NCBI GenBank assembly: GCA_963169855.1
Contig: CAUJCN010000002.1
Span: 69,508-133,507, forward strand
Reading direction: 5' to 3'
Length of the DNA: 64,000 nucleotides
Origin: Patescibacteria group bacterium
GTDB lineage: Bacteria; Patescibacteriota; Dojkabacteria; J137
The notes below the pieces were generated by a model. It saw nothing but the letters and a program-made list of their open reading frames with translations, made no database searches and was not told the DNA's origin. This document shows, one piece after another, positions 1-10,480 of this stretch; within the stretch, counting starts at the first letter, position 1, and every line of letters begins with the position of its first letter. The position numbers and the translations under genes are program-made.

Positions 1-120
1 TAATTTTAGAAGAAGGGATTCAATTCTACTTTGGAGATACTCAAATCTGCTATCGTTTATTCCTGGTATTAATTCTGTTGTTTCTCTATATTCCACATGT
101 GCATTTTAGCACAGAAAGGA

Positions 121-873
121 CTATTCAGTCTTGAGAGGAGTTCTTGCATACAAAAAGAAGAACTTTAAAAGTAAACTGATTATTAAGAAGAAAATAACTG
201 CGAAGATCGCGATATCTTCAGGATTTCTAATCCAAATTCCTACTGCTGCCCAAACAATTACAAGATAATATGCCTTATCTTTAAATCTACTCAGCATATA
301 CCAACCTAGTAAAGTCGCTACTATAAGCATTGCAGTTGTCCAACTGTGTTGAGAAATTCCAAATCCATCCCACTGAAAAGTATTTAAAACAATAGCGACA
401 TTAGCTATGGTAGCTACAGAAATCCAACCTAAATATACAGAAAAAACGAGTTTAATTACCCTAGAAACAGTCGAAAGTATAAAAAATTTGTATAGATACC
501 CTAAGCTGATCAAAAGTAACACCATAGGGATTATACTCACTTTGATATATTCGTAATGCCAAGTCACTAGCCAAATACAATTTAAAGCTGCTGCAGAAGT
601 ATAAAGTAGTAACGATTTATCAATAATTTCTTTATTCTTTGCATAAGTTAACACCGACCAAATTGCGAAGATTCCAAGCAGTACGTAAATTAAACCCCAA
701 ATTGAGAAGATAATCCCAGCAGGTGTAAACATTGTTGAATACTTATCCGAAATCGTATTTGTATAAATGTTGTTTAATGGCAAATACGAAGCTAGAAGAT
801 TGAATCCTATAACAAATACGGTTGATAGTACTATGAAAATTGGAACTATATTATTCTGAATCTTTTTGAACAT
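121..873 (-). CDS. TspO/MBR-like tryptophan-rich sensory membrane protein
   Basis: Multi-TM, Trp-rich; motifs 'FTPAGIIFSIWGLIY', 'LNCIWL', 'SVYLGWISVATIAN'. Confidence 0.8.
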   Translation of the reverse strand: MFKKIQNNIVPIFIVLSTVFVIGFNLLASYLPLNNIYTNTISDKYSTMFTPAGIIFSIWGLIYVLLGIFAIWSVLTYAKNKEIIDKSLLLYTSAAALNCIWLVTWHYEYIKVSIIPMVLLLISLGYLYKFFILSTVSRVIKLVFSVYLGWISVATIANVAIVLNTFQWDGFGISQHSWTTAMLIVATLLGWYMLSRFKDKAYYLVIVWAAVGIWIRNPEDIAIFAVIFFLIISLLLKFFFLYARTPLKTE

Positions 874-915
874 AAAACTATACTAAATATCTTATTATAT
901 ATAGAATCCAAATAA

Positions 916-965
916 TAAGAAACCCCCCTACGTAGCCTTGGCGGTTAGCAAGGGGGTTAATTCTT
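916..965 (-). terminator. Intrinsic terminator-like hairpin downstream of the large surface protein
   Basis: AACCCCC...GGGGGTT stem followed by a T-rich tract on the minus strand; loop contains CGTAGCCTTGGCG, resembling the repeat at ~41823-41838. Confidence 0.55.
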
Positions 966-979
966 ATATTAAACTATTA

Positions 980-3900
980 TTATTCGTCTCGTCTTCCAGC
1001 GTATAGATATACACCAGTTCCTCCTCCGATAACAATAATTATTAGTAATAGAATCCACCAGTTAAATCCATTTCCTCCGTTATCTTGAACCCCAAGAACG
1101 AAGTTGAAGTTTTCGACAGCGTCATCAGTAATGCTAACTTCTTTATCAGAAGCTCCTAATACCGAGAAGTTGTCTGGAATATCATTTCTATCGATTCTGA
1201 TATTGTAATTTCCAGGACAAATTTCGAATTCATAAGATCCGTCTGCAGCAGTAGTTTCCTCTGCAACAATTACTTCATCTCCGTTTTCGATATAGTAAAC
1301 CTGAACTAGAACTCCAGCAATTCCTTGCTCTCCAGATTCCTGAGTATTGTTTTTATTAATATCATCGAATACTGATCCAGATAGTGTGAATCTTTCGTCA
1401 CAAGTCTGAACTCCGCTTCCTAAGATATCTTGTTCATCATCCTCTTCTTCAGAAGGTTCTGGTGTCTGAGGTCCGCTGTTTCCAACTCCTAGAACAGATC
1501 CTACAATCACTGGAACTGAAGCAACTGCTACATCAGCATCGCTATCAGAAACTGTTACAGTACATACATAGTTTCCAGCAGTTAAATTCATTGCGTTAGA
1601 TACAAAGATTGATGATCCAGTATTTACTACAGATCCTGCACATACGCCTCCAAACGTGAAGTTGTAGTTTGGATTTCCTAAGTTGTTTAGACTTGCTGTA
1701 ATTGTAAAGCTACTTCCAGCTGTTACGTTTACTGTTCCAGAATTATTAGTTGCTGGAGAGTTTCCAAATAATACTACTGTTGGTAGCAAATCTGTTATAA
1801 CCGCAGGATTAACAACTACAGTCTTTTCTGCAGTCGCTGTATCTCCATCAAAGTCTTCAACAGTTACTTTACATGTGTATGAACCTGGAGTTGCTGGTGT
1901 AACAACAAACTCAGCATTTCCTGTACATCCTGCAAAGTTTCCATCAGCCCAAGTGTAAGTAAATGGTGCGTTTCCTCCTAATACATTAGCGTCCATTGTG
2001 ATCGCTTCTAGAGTTGTTGAGTCTCCAGGTGTAGTAGCAATTGACACCGAAGGTGCATTGTTTGTTACTGTAACTGTTACAGAATCACATCCGCACATTC
2101 CCTCGCCGTTTCCTGTTGCATAGAATTCAACAACTTCTTCATAATCCTCTGTTAATAGATCATAAACTGGCTCTTCTTCTTCGATTTCACACATAACTGG
2201 GTGACACCAGTCTCCTTCCCATCCATAATCAACAAAGTCAGCTAATGCCGCAAATGATGCTACCTTAGCATACTTATAGAATGATTCGCTTTCACAAACC
2301 ATTAGAGTAACTTCGTATTCTCCTTCATGAGTGTAAGTATGACTTGGAATTGTAATGTTTCCAGGTGTTGATTGAGAGAATGTTGTGCTTGATCCGTCTC
2401 CGTAATCAACTACAATTACCCAATCAGAATCGTCAGGAGTTTCTCTGTTATCGCAGTAAACCTCTGATTCAGAAATGCTAAGCAATGTGAATCCTTCTTC
2501 GTATTCTGTCTCGCTCTCACCTTCTATACAACTTGGATCTGAGAACCAACCTGTAAATATTGCTTCTTCACCTTCTGTTATAGTTTGATCACTTTCAATA
2601 TCTACAGATGGAATTACATTTTCAATATAGTAATTTACTGAATATATTTCACTTTCATTTCCTGCTTCATCTACAACATAATAAGAAACTTCGTAAGCTC
2701 CTTCGTGAAGGAATGAAGTATCCCAATGTGTAATTCCAGCATCAGCTAACAATTGAGCAATATCCCATGTATATTCTGTGTTTTCAACTAATGAATCAGC
2801 GTAACATCCTAAGTCAGTCTCTCCTATTGGTGACCAAGTCAGATAGAAGCAAACTTCAGCGATATCAAAATTATCGTTTGCAGTCAGATCCCATAGTGTT
2901 GGAATTGAATCGCCTTCGTAGAATGTTGCATCTTGCAACTGATTTTCTTCAGCAACAGTAGGAGCTGTTGTGTCGATTATAAATGGTCCGTAGTGAGCTG
3001 TACTTGTCCAGTTTCCAACGTTGTCCACTGTGCTTAAATTGAACCACCAAACTCCGTCAGCTAAAGGTGTACTTGTAGCTTCGTTATCAGTTTCTTCCAA
3101 ATCCTTTACTTGATCTGGTGTAGAAGGTGCAGGTGTAAAATCGTATGAATATCCATCAACTCCTGATTTATTATCAACGCCTCCGTTTAACCATGATACC
3201 CAAACAGTATTATCGTTTGAAGGTGTGTTAATTGCAGGATCAGATGTAAATCCTGACGGATCTGCTGAAGGAATCTGAGAATCAACTCTTAAATTGTAGA
3301 TTACATTACTTTCTTCCCAGTGACCTGCAGAGTCTTTGACTCTCATTTGGAAATCATAAACAGAATTGTGTGTTAATCCTGAAAGATTTACTACACAAGT
3401 TGCGTCTAATCCAACTGGTGTTAATACTCCGTTAATCCAGCCTGACCATAGTAATCTCTTGTATCTAGCCTGACATTCTGTGATAGGACTTACAGTATCG
3501 GAAACTGTAGATGTTAAAGTAGGCGAACCATTCGTGTAGTTTCCCGAAACCGGAGTTACATTAAATGTATTAAAATCTGGATCTCTACTATCAGCAATTC
3601 TTTCGATAAATTCTCCATATCCGATGTTTCCAACATTGTCCTCAACTCTTACATTAATTTCTAATTCATCTCCATCAGTTTCGAATAAACTTCCAGATAC
3701 GCATCTTCCGAATAAGTATAACCCTGGAGTCCAATCTGAGCTTTCTGGGTTTGATACGTTGAAGTTTGTAGTTACTGCACAAGTGAATGGATTAATTCCC
3801 GCAACTGCATCAGAAACGTTTGCTCTGATTAAGAATGCGATTCCATTAACGTATGGGTCATAATCTGCAACAACCTCGATAGGTCCAACTGTAGGAGCTG

Positions 3901-5923
3901 TGTTATCTACAACAATTGTTCTTGAAGTAGCTTTTGTGTTTCCAGCTTCGTCTGTAGCAGCAGTTCTTAAAGTATAAGTTCCATCTGCTAATGTAGTTGT
4001 ATCAATATCACAATTGAATGTGAATGATGTTCCCCCGATTGATGAGTCTGCAGGAGTTGATCCGCAAGGCATTAAGAAAACAGTATTAGTATCGTTGTAA
4101 ACATTTACAGCAACTCTTTTCAACATCATATTATCTGTAGCGTGAACTTCAACGTTGTACGTTCCACCAACAATCATTCCATCTGAAGAAGGATCTACAA
4201 ATGAAATTCCTGGCTTAGTATTATCAACAAAGAATGTGTTTGTATCCATGCCCCAGGCGATGTCTTCGTCTAGAAACTGAGCTGAGAATACATACATTCC
4301 ATCTGGGTTTGTAGTTGTATCATAAGCACAAGTTACATCAAGTGAATCTCCTAAAAGATCTGCTCCTGGTGCTTCCTGACAATTTCCTACCAAGTTAGCA
4401 GGTCCGCTTTCGAATGCATCTTTCCAGAATCTTAAGTAGTAGCTGCCCATTCCAGAGTCATCGGTTGCTAAAGCTCTTCCTGTGATCGATCCTCTAACAT
4501 AAGAGTTTTCTACAGGTGTAACGATTGTTACAGATGGAGCTTCGTTAGGGATAACTGGGTCCTGTTCGAAGTCGTAAGTAATGTGATTAATCTGAACTTT
4601 GTCTACAACGATGTTCCATGAAGGATTCCAGTTTCCTAATCCAACACTTACAGCTCTTACAACTGCTGAAGGTGTAACACCAGGAATTGAGCTTAGAGGT
4701 TGATTTGAGTCATATCCTCCAGCTGGGTTCCATGAACCCCAGAATAAACCTCCATCAACATCCCATGTCTGCCATACATTATCTAAAACTGTTTCGTTGT
4801 AATAAGGTTCGTAAACAATATATTGATCAATAGATCCGTTTCCTTCATTGTCGATTCCTAATCTGAATGCTGCTCCAGCAAATTCAGGACCAGATACTTT
4901 CTTAGCGTCGAAACTTAAATTTGTAATTTCGCTTAGAGGAATTTCTACCGATAAAGTAGTTCTGCTTCTAGAAGCTGTAGTTTCGTCTGTAATTAGTTCT
5001 AATGCTCCAACCGGTAATGGTGAATCTGGTTGAGAAATGAAATTCACTTGAGCTCCACTTTCTGCAACAACAGACCATCCCTGCATTTCTGAAGGTCTAA
5101 CAATGTATGTTACTGGATCAGGAGTAGTTGGATTCGAGTAAGTAATAGAACATTCTGCTGACCATCCACTAACGTAAGGTGCAGTTGCTCTAACTTTAAA
5201 TGTATACGTTCCTTCACCTTCTGTGAATGCTCCAACGTAAGAATTTGTTCCTACTGTTGTTGTCCATTCTGGGAGACCAGGTGTTGTAACATGATATTCA
5301 TATTGAGTAGCTCCATCAAATGCATCCCATTGAGCTGTAACATCATAACTTTCTGTTGTAGATCCACAGGCTAATGTTTCTGGAGTTGGGATTTCCCATC
5401 TTAGATTCTGAGGAACACCCTGACAAGCAAATGAATTTAGGCTTGTAACAATATTATAATTTAGAGTATCTAAATTACCGATTGGAGTCATAGTTGCATC
5501 AACAACTCTAACTTCCCATCCTGCTAAACCTGCTGGACTATCTCCGCTGTTATCTAAGAAGATATTTGCGTTGATTCCTGATACATTAAGAGTTCCTAGA
5601 GTTGCAAGGTTGAACCAAGAACTGAATGAACCACCGTTAATAAAGTATCTTCCCTCTAAAGTATATTCGTCGTACCAATTTTGTACGCTTACTTCAAGAC
5701 CATCATTTGCAATCGCAGAACCGATTCCGCAAGCATTTCCTCCCACAAGCTGAGATGTAGATTCAACAATATCTACAACTGGTGCTGCAACAGGAAAACT
5801 TACTGGTAGTGGTTCAGCCTTTACATAGCTAATGAAAACCATTGGGTTAATCTGAAGTAAAAGTAGGGATGCGAGAACGGTAGATATGATTACACGCCTC
5901 AATCTAGTGGATTGAAAATTCAT
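980..5923 (-). CDS. Large secreted, membrane-anchored surface protein (FN3/Ig-like/PKD repeats, SdrD-B-like C-terminal domain)
   Basis: Signal peptide from MNFQSTRLRR (ATG 5923 preferred over ORF-track start 5992); Ig-like 'DGTYTLRTAATDEAGN..VDNTAP'; PKD 'VDYGDG..HTY..EGEYEVTL'; SdrD-B 'SGSVFDDINKNNTQESGEQGIAGV'; C-terminal TM plus RRDE. Confidence 0.8.
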   Translation of the reverse strand: MNFQSTRLRRVIISTVLASLLLLQINPMVFISYVKAEPLPVSFPVAAPVVDIVESTSQLVGGNACGIGSAIANDGLEVSVQNWYDEYTLEGRYFINGGSFSSWFNLATLGTLNVSGINANIFLDNSGDSPAGLAGWEVRVVDATMTPIGNLDTLNYNIVTSLNSFACQGVPQNLRWEIPTPETLACGSTTESYDVTAQWDAFDGATQYEYHVTTPGLPEWTTTVGTNSYVGAFTEGEGTYTFKVRATAPYVSGWSAECSITYSNPTTPDPVTYIVRPSEMQGWSVVAESGAQVNFISQPDSPLPVGALELITDETTASRSRTTLSVEIPLSEITNLSFDAKKVSGPEFAGAAFRLGIDNEGNGSIDQYIVYEPYYNETVLDNVWQTWDVDGGLFWGSWNPAGGYDSNQPLSSIPGVTPSAVVRAVSVGLGNWNPSWNIVVDKVQINHITYDFEQDPVIPNEAPSVTIVTPVENSYVRGSITGRALATDDSGMGSYYLRFWKDAFESGPANLVGNCQEAPGADLLGDSLDVTCAYDTTTNPDGMYVFSAQFLDEDIAWGMDTNTFFVDNTKPGISFVDPSSDGMIVGGTYNVEVHATDNMMLKRVAVNVYNDTNTVFLMPCGSTPADSSIGGTSFTFNCDIDTTTLADGTYTLRTAATDEAGNTKATSRTIVVDNTAPTVGPIEVVADYDPYVNGIAFLIRANVSDAVAGINPFTCAVTTNFNVSNPESSDWTPGLYLFGRCVSGSLFETDGDELEINVRVEDNVGNIGYGEFIERIADSRDPDFNTFNVTPVSGNYTNGSPTLTSTVSDTVSPITECQARYKRLLWSGWINGVLTPVGLDATCVVNLSGLTHNSVYDFQMRVKDSAGHWEESNVIYNLRVDSQIPSADPSGFTSDPAINTPSNDNTVWVSWLNGGVDNKSGVDGYSYDFTPAPSTPDQVKDLEETDNEATSTPLADGVWWFNLSTVDNVGNWTSTAHYGPFIIDTTAPTVAEENQLQDATFYEGDSIPTLWDLTANDNFDIAEVCFYLTWSPIGETDLGCYADSLVENTEYTWDIAQLLADAGITHWDTSFLHEGAYEVSYYVVDEAGNESEIYSVNYYIENVIPSVDIESDQTITEGEEAIFTGWFSDPSCIEGESETEYEEGFTLLSISESEVYCDNRETPDDSDWVIVVDYGDGSSTTFSQSTPGNITIPSHTYTHEGEYEVTLMVCESESFYKYAKVASFAALADFVDYGWEGDWCHPVMCEIEEEEPVYDLLTEDYEEVVEFYATGNGEGMCGCDSVTVTVTNNAPSVSIATTPGDSTTLEAITMDANVLGGNAPFTYTWADGNFAGCTGNAEFVVTPATPGSYTCKVTVEDFDGDTATAEKTVVVNPAVITDLLPTVVLFGNSPATNNSGTVNVTAGSSFTITASLNNLGNPNYNFTFGGVCAGSVVNTGSSIFVSNAMNLTAGNYVCTVTVSDSDADVAVASVPVIVGSVLGVGNSGPQTPEPSEEEDDEQDILGSGVQTCDERFTLSGSVFDDINKNNTQESGEQGIAGVLVQVYYIENGDEVIVAEETTAADGSYEFEICPGNYNIRIDRNDIPDNFSVLGASDKEVSITDDAVENFNFVLGVQDNGGNGFNWWILLLIIIVIGGGTGVYLYAGRRDE

Positions 5924-6033
5924 ATAAATGAATATAAAAATTACACAGTAAAATAATTCAATTATAGCATCAAGATTTTTTTTTGCAGGCAAAATACACT
6001 ATAGGAAAAAAGTCTATATATGAATGAGCTTTG

Positions 6034-6305
6034 CTATTCTGTTTCTAATCGTGTAAACCTAGCAATTTGTTTTCCATTAACTGTTAGTTTCTCTAAAAAG
6101 TTTTCGATAGTTCTAACGAAGTTCACTCCTTCAAATTCTACGTAATCTGGAGAATAGACTACCCCAACTTCTTCTGTAGATTCAATAATTACGATATCAC
6201 TTATTGTATAGGTCTTCTCAACGCTTTTATAGTGAACATATTTATCACCTATATTGATAAGCTTTTTTGCATCTGCAATTTTAAGTTTTCTTCAGGTGAG
6301 TGCAT
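6034..6305 (-). pseudogene. DUF1653-family protein, frameshifted near the 5' end
   Basis: Minus frame reads KIADAKKLINIGDKYVHYKSVEKTYTISDIVIIESTEEVGVVYSPDY..FVRTIENF..RF; the ATG at 6305 is in a different frame that stops after 18 codons. Confidence 0.7.
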
Positions 6306-6351
6306 ACGGTTTAAAGTCGTTATAAAATAATAGTAATTATTGCAGAAAAAT

Positions 6352-6771
6352 ATGCCACAAGCAAAATTAAAAACTCAAACAACTTCAGATGACCCAATAA
6401 AATTCATTGACTCTGTTGAGGATTTAGAGAAAAAAGAGATGAGCAAAATGATTTTAAAAATGATGGAAAGAGCTACTAAATCTAAGGCGAAGATGTGGGG
6501 AGAAACTATAGTTGGGTTTGGTGATGTCCATCTAAAGTATGAAAGCGGGAGAGAACTTGATTGGTTTAAAATGGGATTCTCACCAAGAAAAGGGCAAATG
6601 ACTTTGTACATCTTGAATGGATCTAATGAACAGAAAAAGCATTTGGACAAACTGGGTAAGTTTACAACTGGAAAAGGTTGTCTTTACATTAAGAAACTTG
6701 AAGATATAAATGTTGATGTTCTAGAAGATCTGATCAACGTTTCCGCAGATAAGGCTTACGGTCAGCAATAA
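6352..6771 (+). CDS. DUF1801 (YdhG-like) protein
   Basis: 'MWGETIVGFG..Y.SGRE.DWF..GFSPRK' and 'LGKFTTGKGCLYIKKLEDIN'. Confidence 0.85.
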   Translation: MPQAKLKTQTTSDDPIKFIDSVEDLEKKEMSKMILKMMERATKSKAKMWGETIVGFGDVHLKYESGRELDWFKMGFSPRKGQMTLYILNGSNEQKKHLDKLGKFTTGKGCLYIKKLEDINVDVLEDLINVSADKAYGQQ

Positions 6772-6785
6772 AACGATTTAATACA

Positions 6786-6809
6786 TGTCTTGGTGAGGCT
6801 CTCGAACCA
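6786..6809. repeat. REP-like palindrome, family B (GTCA..TGAGCTTGTCGAA type), degenerate
   Basis: TGTCTTGGTGAGGCTCTCGAACCA resembles copies at 25258, 25306 and 58129-58191. Confidence 0.55.
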
Positions 6810-6844
6810 CACATGTATTTACTACAAATACACAGTAAATCACT

Positions 6845-6869
6845 AGATTCCTGCATACGCAGGAATGAC
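6845..6869. repeat. REP-like palindrome, family A (AGATCCCGC..GCGGGAT type)
   Basis: AGATTCCTGC-ATAC-GCAGGAATGAC hairpin between convergent genes. Confidence 0.7.
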
Positions 6870-6897
6870 GTTGTTAGGTGAAATTGAGTGTTAGGTT

Positions 6898-8703
6898 CTA
6901 CGAGTTTTTCTTTGTTTGGTTGATCAGTTCCAATGCCTGTTTATAATTTACCGGTTCGCTGATTTCTCCGTTTGCGATAAAGAAGATTTCATCTGCTTTG
7001 CTGATTGTATTTAATCTATGAGCAATAATGATCTTTGTTGTTTGTTCTGGTAACTTATCAAGAATTTCTTGTAACAGAGCTTCTGTAACCGTATCGATGT
7101 TTGCTGTTGCTTCGTCTAAGATTAATAGTTCTGGCTCTCGTAAGATAACTCTCAAGAATGCAATTAGTTGTTTTTGACCTAACGAAACGCTATCACTTGC
7201 ATTAGCCACTTCTGTCCCTAATCCATTTGGGAATCTTTCAATTAAACCTTCTAATCCCTTTTCTTTAAGAAGTGTTGTTAGTTTCTCTTCATCATATCCC
7301 TGGTACTTATCGTTTGAATAAAGAATATTATCCATGATTGTTCCCTGGAATAAGAATGGTTCTTGTAAAATGAATCCAACTTTTTTAGCCAATGACTCTT
7401 TATCGTAACTTTTGATATTCTTTCCATTCAAAAGAATTTCTCCTTCAACTGGATCGTATAATCTAGAAACCAATGCTGCCGTTGTGCTTTTTCCTCCTCC
7501 TGTTGGTCCAACAAGAGCATAAATTTTTCCCCTTTGTAGTTCTAAGTTCTCTTTCTTTAATATCATTTGTTCCGGATTGTACCCAAAACTAACATCTTTA
7601 AACTGTATTATTGGAGCCGATTTATCTTCATTTCTTGAATCTTCGATTACAGTTAAATTACTTTCTAGTTTCAATAAGTGAGAAATTCTTGCCCAGGCAG
7701 CTAAAGAAACTTGAATTGATGAAAAAAGTTGAGCCATAATTCTGAGTGGAGAATAGAATCTGTCAACGTATAGTGCGTAACTAACAAGTGTTCCGAACTC
7801 TAAAGCGCTAGTGAAGCTAATTCCTAAGAAGGAGAACACTCCGGTTAAAATCAAATTAATTCCTACGAAGTAAACTGAGAATAAAGCTAGGTTTCCAGCC
7901 ATATCGTAAATCGGAGTAAGAATATTATTTAAAATCCCAGCTTTTGTGTTAGCTTGTTTGTTTTCTTCGTTTACGTCTTTGAAGGATTCCCGGAAGTAAT
8001 CTTTTCTATTGAATGCTACTACAACTTTATAATTTGTTAAGCTCTCTTGAATTTCTGCTGATAGATTTCCAGTAGACTTCAAAGCCGATTTATTTGCTCT
8101 ATTAAGCATTCCACCTACAAAAGTAGTAATTACAAAAAGAATAATTGAAAAAGATAGACTGAAAATTCCTAGAATTGGATTAATTACTAACATTGCTCCT
8201 GCAACTCCGATCATCACAAATACATTTCCTATAAATCTCAAAAGAGTTTCTGAGAATGCCTGATTTAGCTTATCTGTATCGCTATTAATTCTGGAAATCA
8301 AATCCCCTGATTTATTTTCATTAAAGAATGCCAATGGTAGTGATTGAATTTTTTCGAAGATTTTTGCTCTAAGTTTCGCCAGTAGTTCTTGACCGATGAA
8401 TCCCATCAAAAGAATTTGAAAGTAACTAGCAATACTTGCTCCAATAAATAAAACCAGTATTCCAATAACTGCCTGTAAAAGTGCGTCCTTATCTCTATTT
8501 GCTAGAGCAGCTTGAGAAGCGTCTCCAATCATATTTGGAGTAACAATGTTAATTACAGAACCTAACAATACAAAGAATAGTGCAATTGCTGCGAGAAGAA
8601 GAATTCTTTTACCAAACCCTCCTGTAAACTGATTTAATTCTCTAACTAGAGTAATAAATGATACTCGCTTTTCGTTGTTTTCGTCGCTTAATTTGTAGTT
8701 CAT
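6898..8703 (-). CDS. ABC exporter, fused permease/ATPase (heterodimer subunit)
   Basis: 6-TM domain, Walker A GPTGGGKST, variant signature VSLGQ, Walker B LILDE, H-loop AHR. Confidence 0.9.
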   Translation of the reverse strand: MNYKLSDENNEKRVSFITLVRELNQFTGGFGKRILLLAAIALFFVLLGSVINIVTPNMIGDASQAALANRDKDALLQAVIGILVLFIGASIASYFQILLMGFIGQELLAKLRAKIFEKIQSLPLAFFNENKSGDLISRINSDTDKLNQAFSETLLRFIGNVFVMIGVAGAMLVINPILGIFSLSFSIILFVITTFVGGMLNRANKSALKSTGNLSAEIQESLTNYKVVVAFNRKDYFRESFKDVNEENKQANTKAGILNNILTPIYDMAGNLALFSVYFVGINLILTGVFSFLGISFTSALEFGTLVSYALYVDRFYSPLRIMAQLFSSIQVSLAAWARISHLLKLESNLTVIEDSRNEDKSAPIIQFKDVSFGYNPEQMILKKENLELQRGKIYALVGPTGGGKSTTAALVSRLYDPVEGEILLNGKNIKSYDKESLAKKVGFILQEPFLFQGTIMDNILYSNDKYQGYDEEKLTTLLKEKGLEGLIERFPNGLGTEVANASDSVSLGQKQLIAFLRVILREPELLILDEATANIDTVTEALLQEILDKLPEQTTKIIIAHRLNTISKADEIFFIANGEISEPVNYKQALELINQTKKNS

Positions 8704-10412
8704 TCTGTTGTTTGTTGAGAATTATAAATTTGTTGGTATTCAAAACTGTTCTTTAACAATTCTTCGTGCGTTCCTTTTGCAATAAGCTCTCCCTCCATAA
8801 TTAACAAAATCTGATCGTAATCTTTAATTGATTCAATCTTTTGAGTAATTGAAAGTAAAGTGATATCAGGATAATTTTTATCCAGGTTATCAATAATGTT
8901 CTTTTCTGTTTTGATATCGACTCTTGCTGTAAAGTCATCTAGCAATAGTACTTTTGGGTTAATAGATAGTGCTCTAGCGAGCGTTAGTCTTTGTTTCTGT
9001 CCACCAGATAATGATGAGCCTCTCTCAGTAATAATTGTTTCTTCTTTTTTATCTTGAGCCGCTACGAAGTCACTTAATTCTGCTGTACTAATTGCTTTGT
9101 TTAGATTCGATTCGTTAACTTCAGAATTAAATAGAATGTTCTCTTTAATTGTTGTATTGAAAATAACACTATCTTGGAAAACTAAAGCTACTTGTGAGTA
9201 AAAGTTTTCTATTTCGAATTCTTTAATATCAATTCCATCAATCGAAATCTTTCCTTCCGTTGCATCCTGCAGTCCTGCAATTATATTGAAAATTTGAGTT
9301 TTTCCTGCAGCTGTTGGTCCTACAATCGCATTCTTAGTGCCTGCTTTGATTTCGAAGGAAATATTATTTAAAATCTTCTTATTGTTAATCTCGTACGATA
9401 CATTCTCAAATTTAATTGCTCCTCTGATTTCAGCCTTTGTTTTTCCCAAGTCCTCTTTCTCTTTAGTATCTAACGTTTCTTTTATTCTTTTAATTGATGT
9501 GATAGATCTTCCAATTGTACTTGCAATGAATCCCATAAAGATTATTGGACCAATGAAAGTTCCTACGTAACTAAAGAAGGCTGTGTAGTCTCCAGGAGAC
9601 ATCCCTTGCCCACCTAGAGAGTTAATAAAATCAATTACCTGTTGACCTCCAAAATATACAACTGCAAGCAAAGCTAAGTTTGCAAGAATCGTAATTACTG
9701 GAATAAGTCCAGCGAATCCTTTTGTAATCTTCATTCCTACTTGTCTATTAAGCTCGTTTATATGAGAAAACTTTTCAATTTCTGTTCCACCGGCATTCAA
9801 AACTTTCGTTAAAGATGATCCTACAATGTTCTCGTTAATAACCAAGTTCATTTTGTCTAGATTCTTTTGAGCTTGTTCGAAGAATTTTCCAATAAAACTG
9901 AAAATCACTCCAAATGAAACCAACAGTAATGGAATCACAAGCATTACAATCAAACCTAGGTCTCTATTAATTGAAAGCATGGAGATTGAAGCTCCAATAA
10001 TCAATACTAATGAAGAGAAAACTGTAATAATGCTTTGATTGAAAAGCATTTTTACTGCATCTACATCGCTTGTAAGATTAGTTAGTAATTTTGAAGAAGT
10101 CAGTTCGTTAACACTCTTATATGATAAGAATGAAATTTTATTAATGATTCTTTTTCTAACATTCGCAGCAAAGTTCTCTGTAACTACATTAGACATTACT
10201 GTTATGACTACTGCAAAAATGAAAATGAGTGAAATCAATCCTACATATGTCAAAGCAAATTGATTTAAGTCTGATTCTCCGGTAAAAATCTTATTCAGCT
10301 CGACGGAAGCTACCCTTGGAAGAGCTAGTGCTAATAAGTTTTGACCTAATGAAAAGGCCAATACTATAATGATTCCAATGATTGTGGTTCTTTTAATAAT
10401 TCGATTATCCAT
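8700..10412 (-). CDS. ABC exporter, fused permease/ATPase (subunit with degenerate ATP site)
   Basis: GPTAAGKT, LSGGQ, Walker B LLLDD and Q in place of the switch His, as in TM287/288-type heterodimers; overlaps its partner by ATGA. Confidence 0.9.
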   Translation of the reverse strand: MDNRIIKRTTIIGIIIVLAFSLGQNLLALALPRVASVELNKIFTGESDLNQFALTYVGLISLIFIFAVVITVMSNVVTENFAANVRKRIINKISFLSYKSVNELTSSKLLTNLTSDVDAVKMLFNQSIITVFSSLVLIIGASISMLSINRDLGLIVMLVIPLLLVSFGVIFSFIGKFFEQAQKNLDKMNLVINENIVGSSLTKVLNAGGTEIEKFSHINELNRQVGMKITKGFAGLIPVITILANLALLAVVYFGGQQVIDFINSLGGQGMSPGDYTAFFSYVGTFIGPIIFMGFIASTIGRSITSIKRIKETLDTKEKEDLGKTKAEIRGAIKFENVSYEINNKKILNNISFEIKAGTKNAIVGPTAAGKTQIFNIIAGLQDATEGKISIDGIDIKEFEIENFYSQVALVFQDSVIFNTTIKENILFNSEVNESNLNKAISTAELSDFVAAQDKKEETIITERGSSLSGGQKQRLTLARALSINPKVLLLDDFTARVDIKTEKNIIDNLDKNYPDITLLSITQKIESIKDYDQILLIMEGELIAKGTHEELLKNSFEYQQIYNSQQTTE

Positions 10413-10451
10413 ATGAGTTTTGGCAGATGAACACTTTAAGTGCCAGAAGGC

Positions 10452-10480
10452 AGTGTAACTCCGAATAGAGCCTGTGTCAA
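10452..10480 (-). promoter_or_regulatory. Sigma70-type promoter of the ABC exporter operon
   Basis: TTGACA-N17-TACACT on the minus strand. Confidence 0.7.

Noticed and set aside
1683-5753. Short plus-strand ORFs within the surface protein gene, and similar antisense ORFs elsewhere
   Set aside because: Shadow frames opposite well-supported genes, with no motifs
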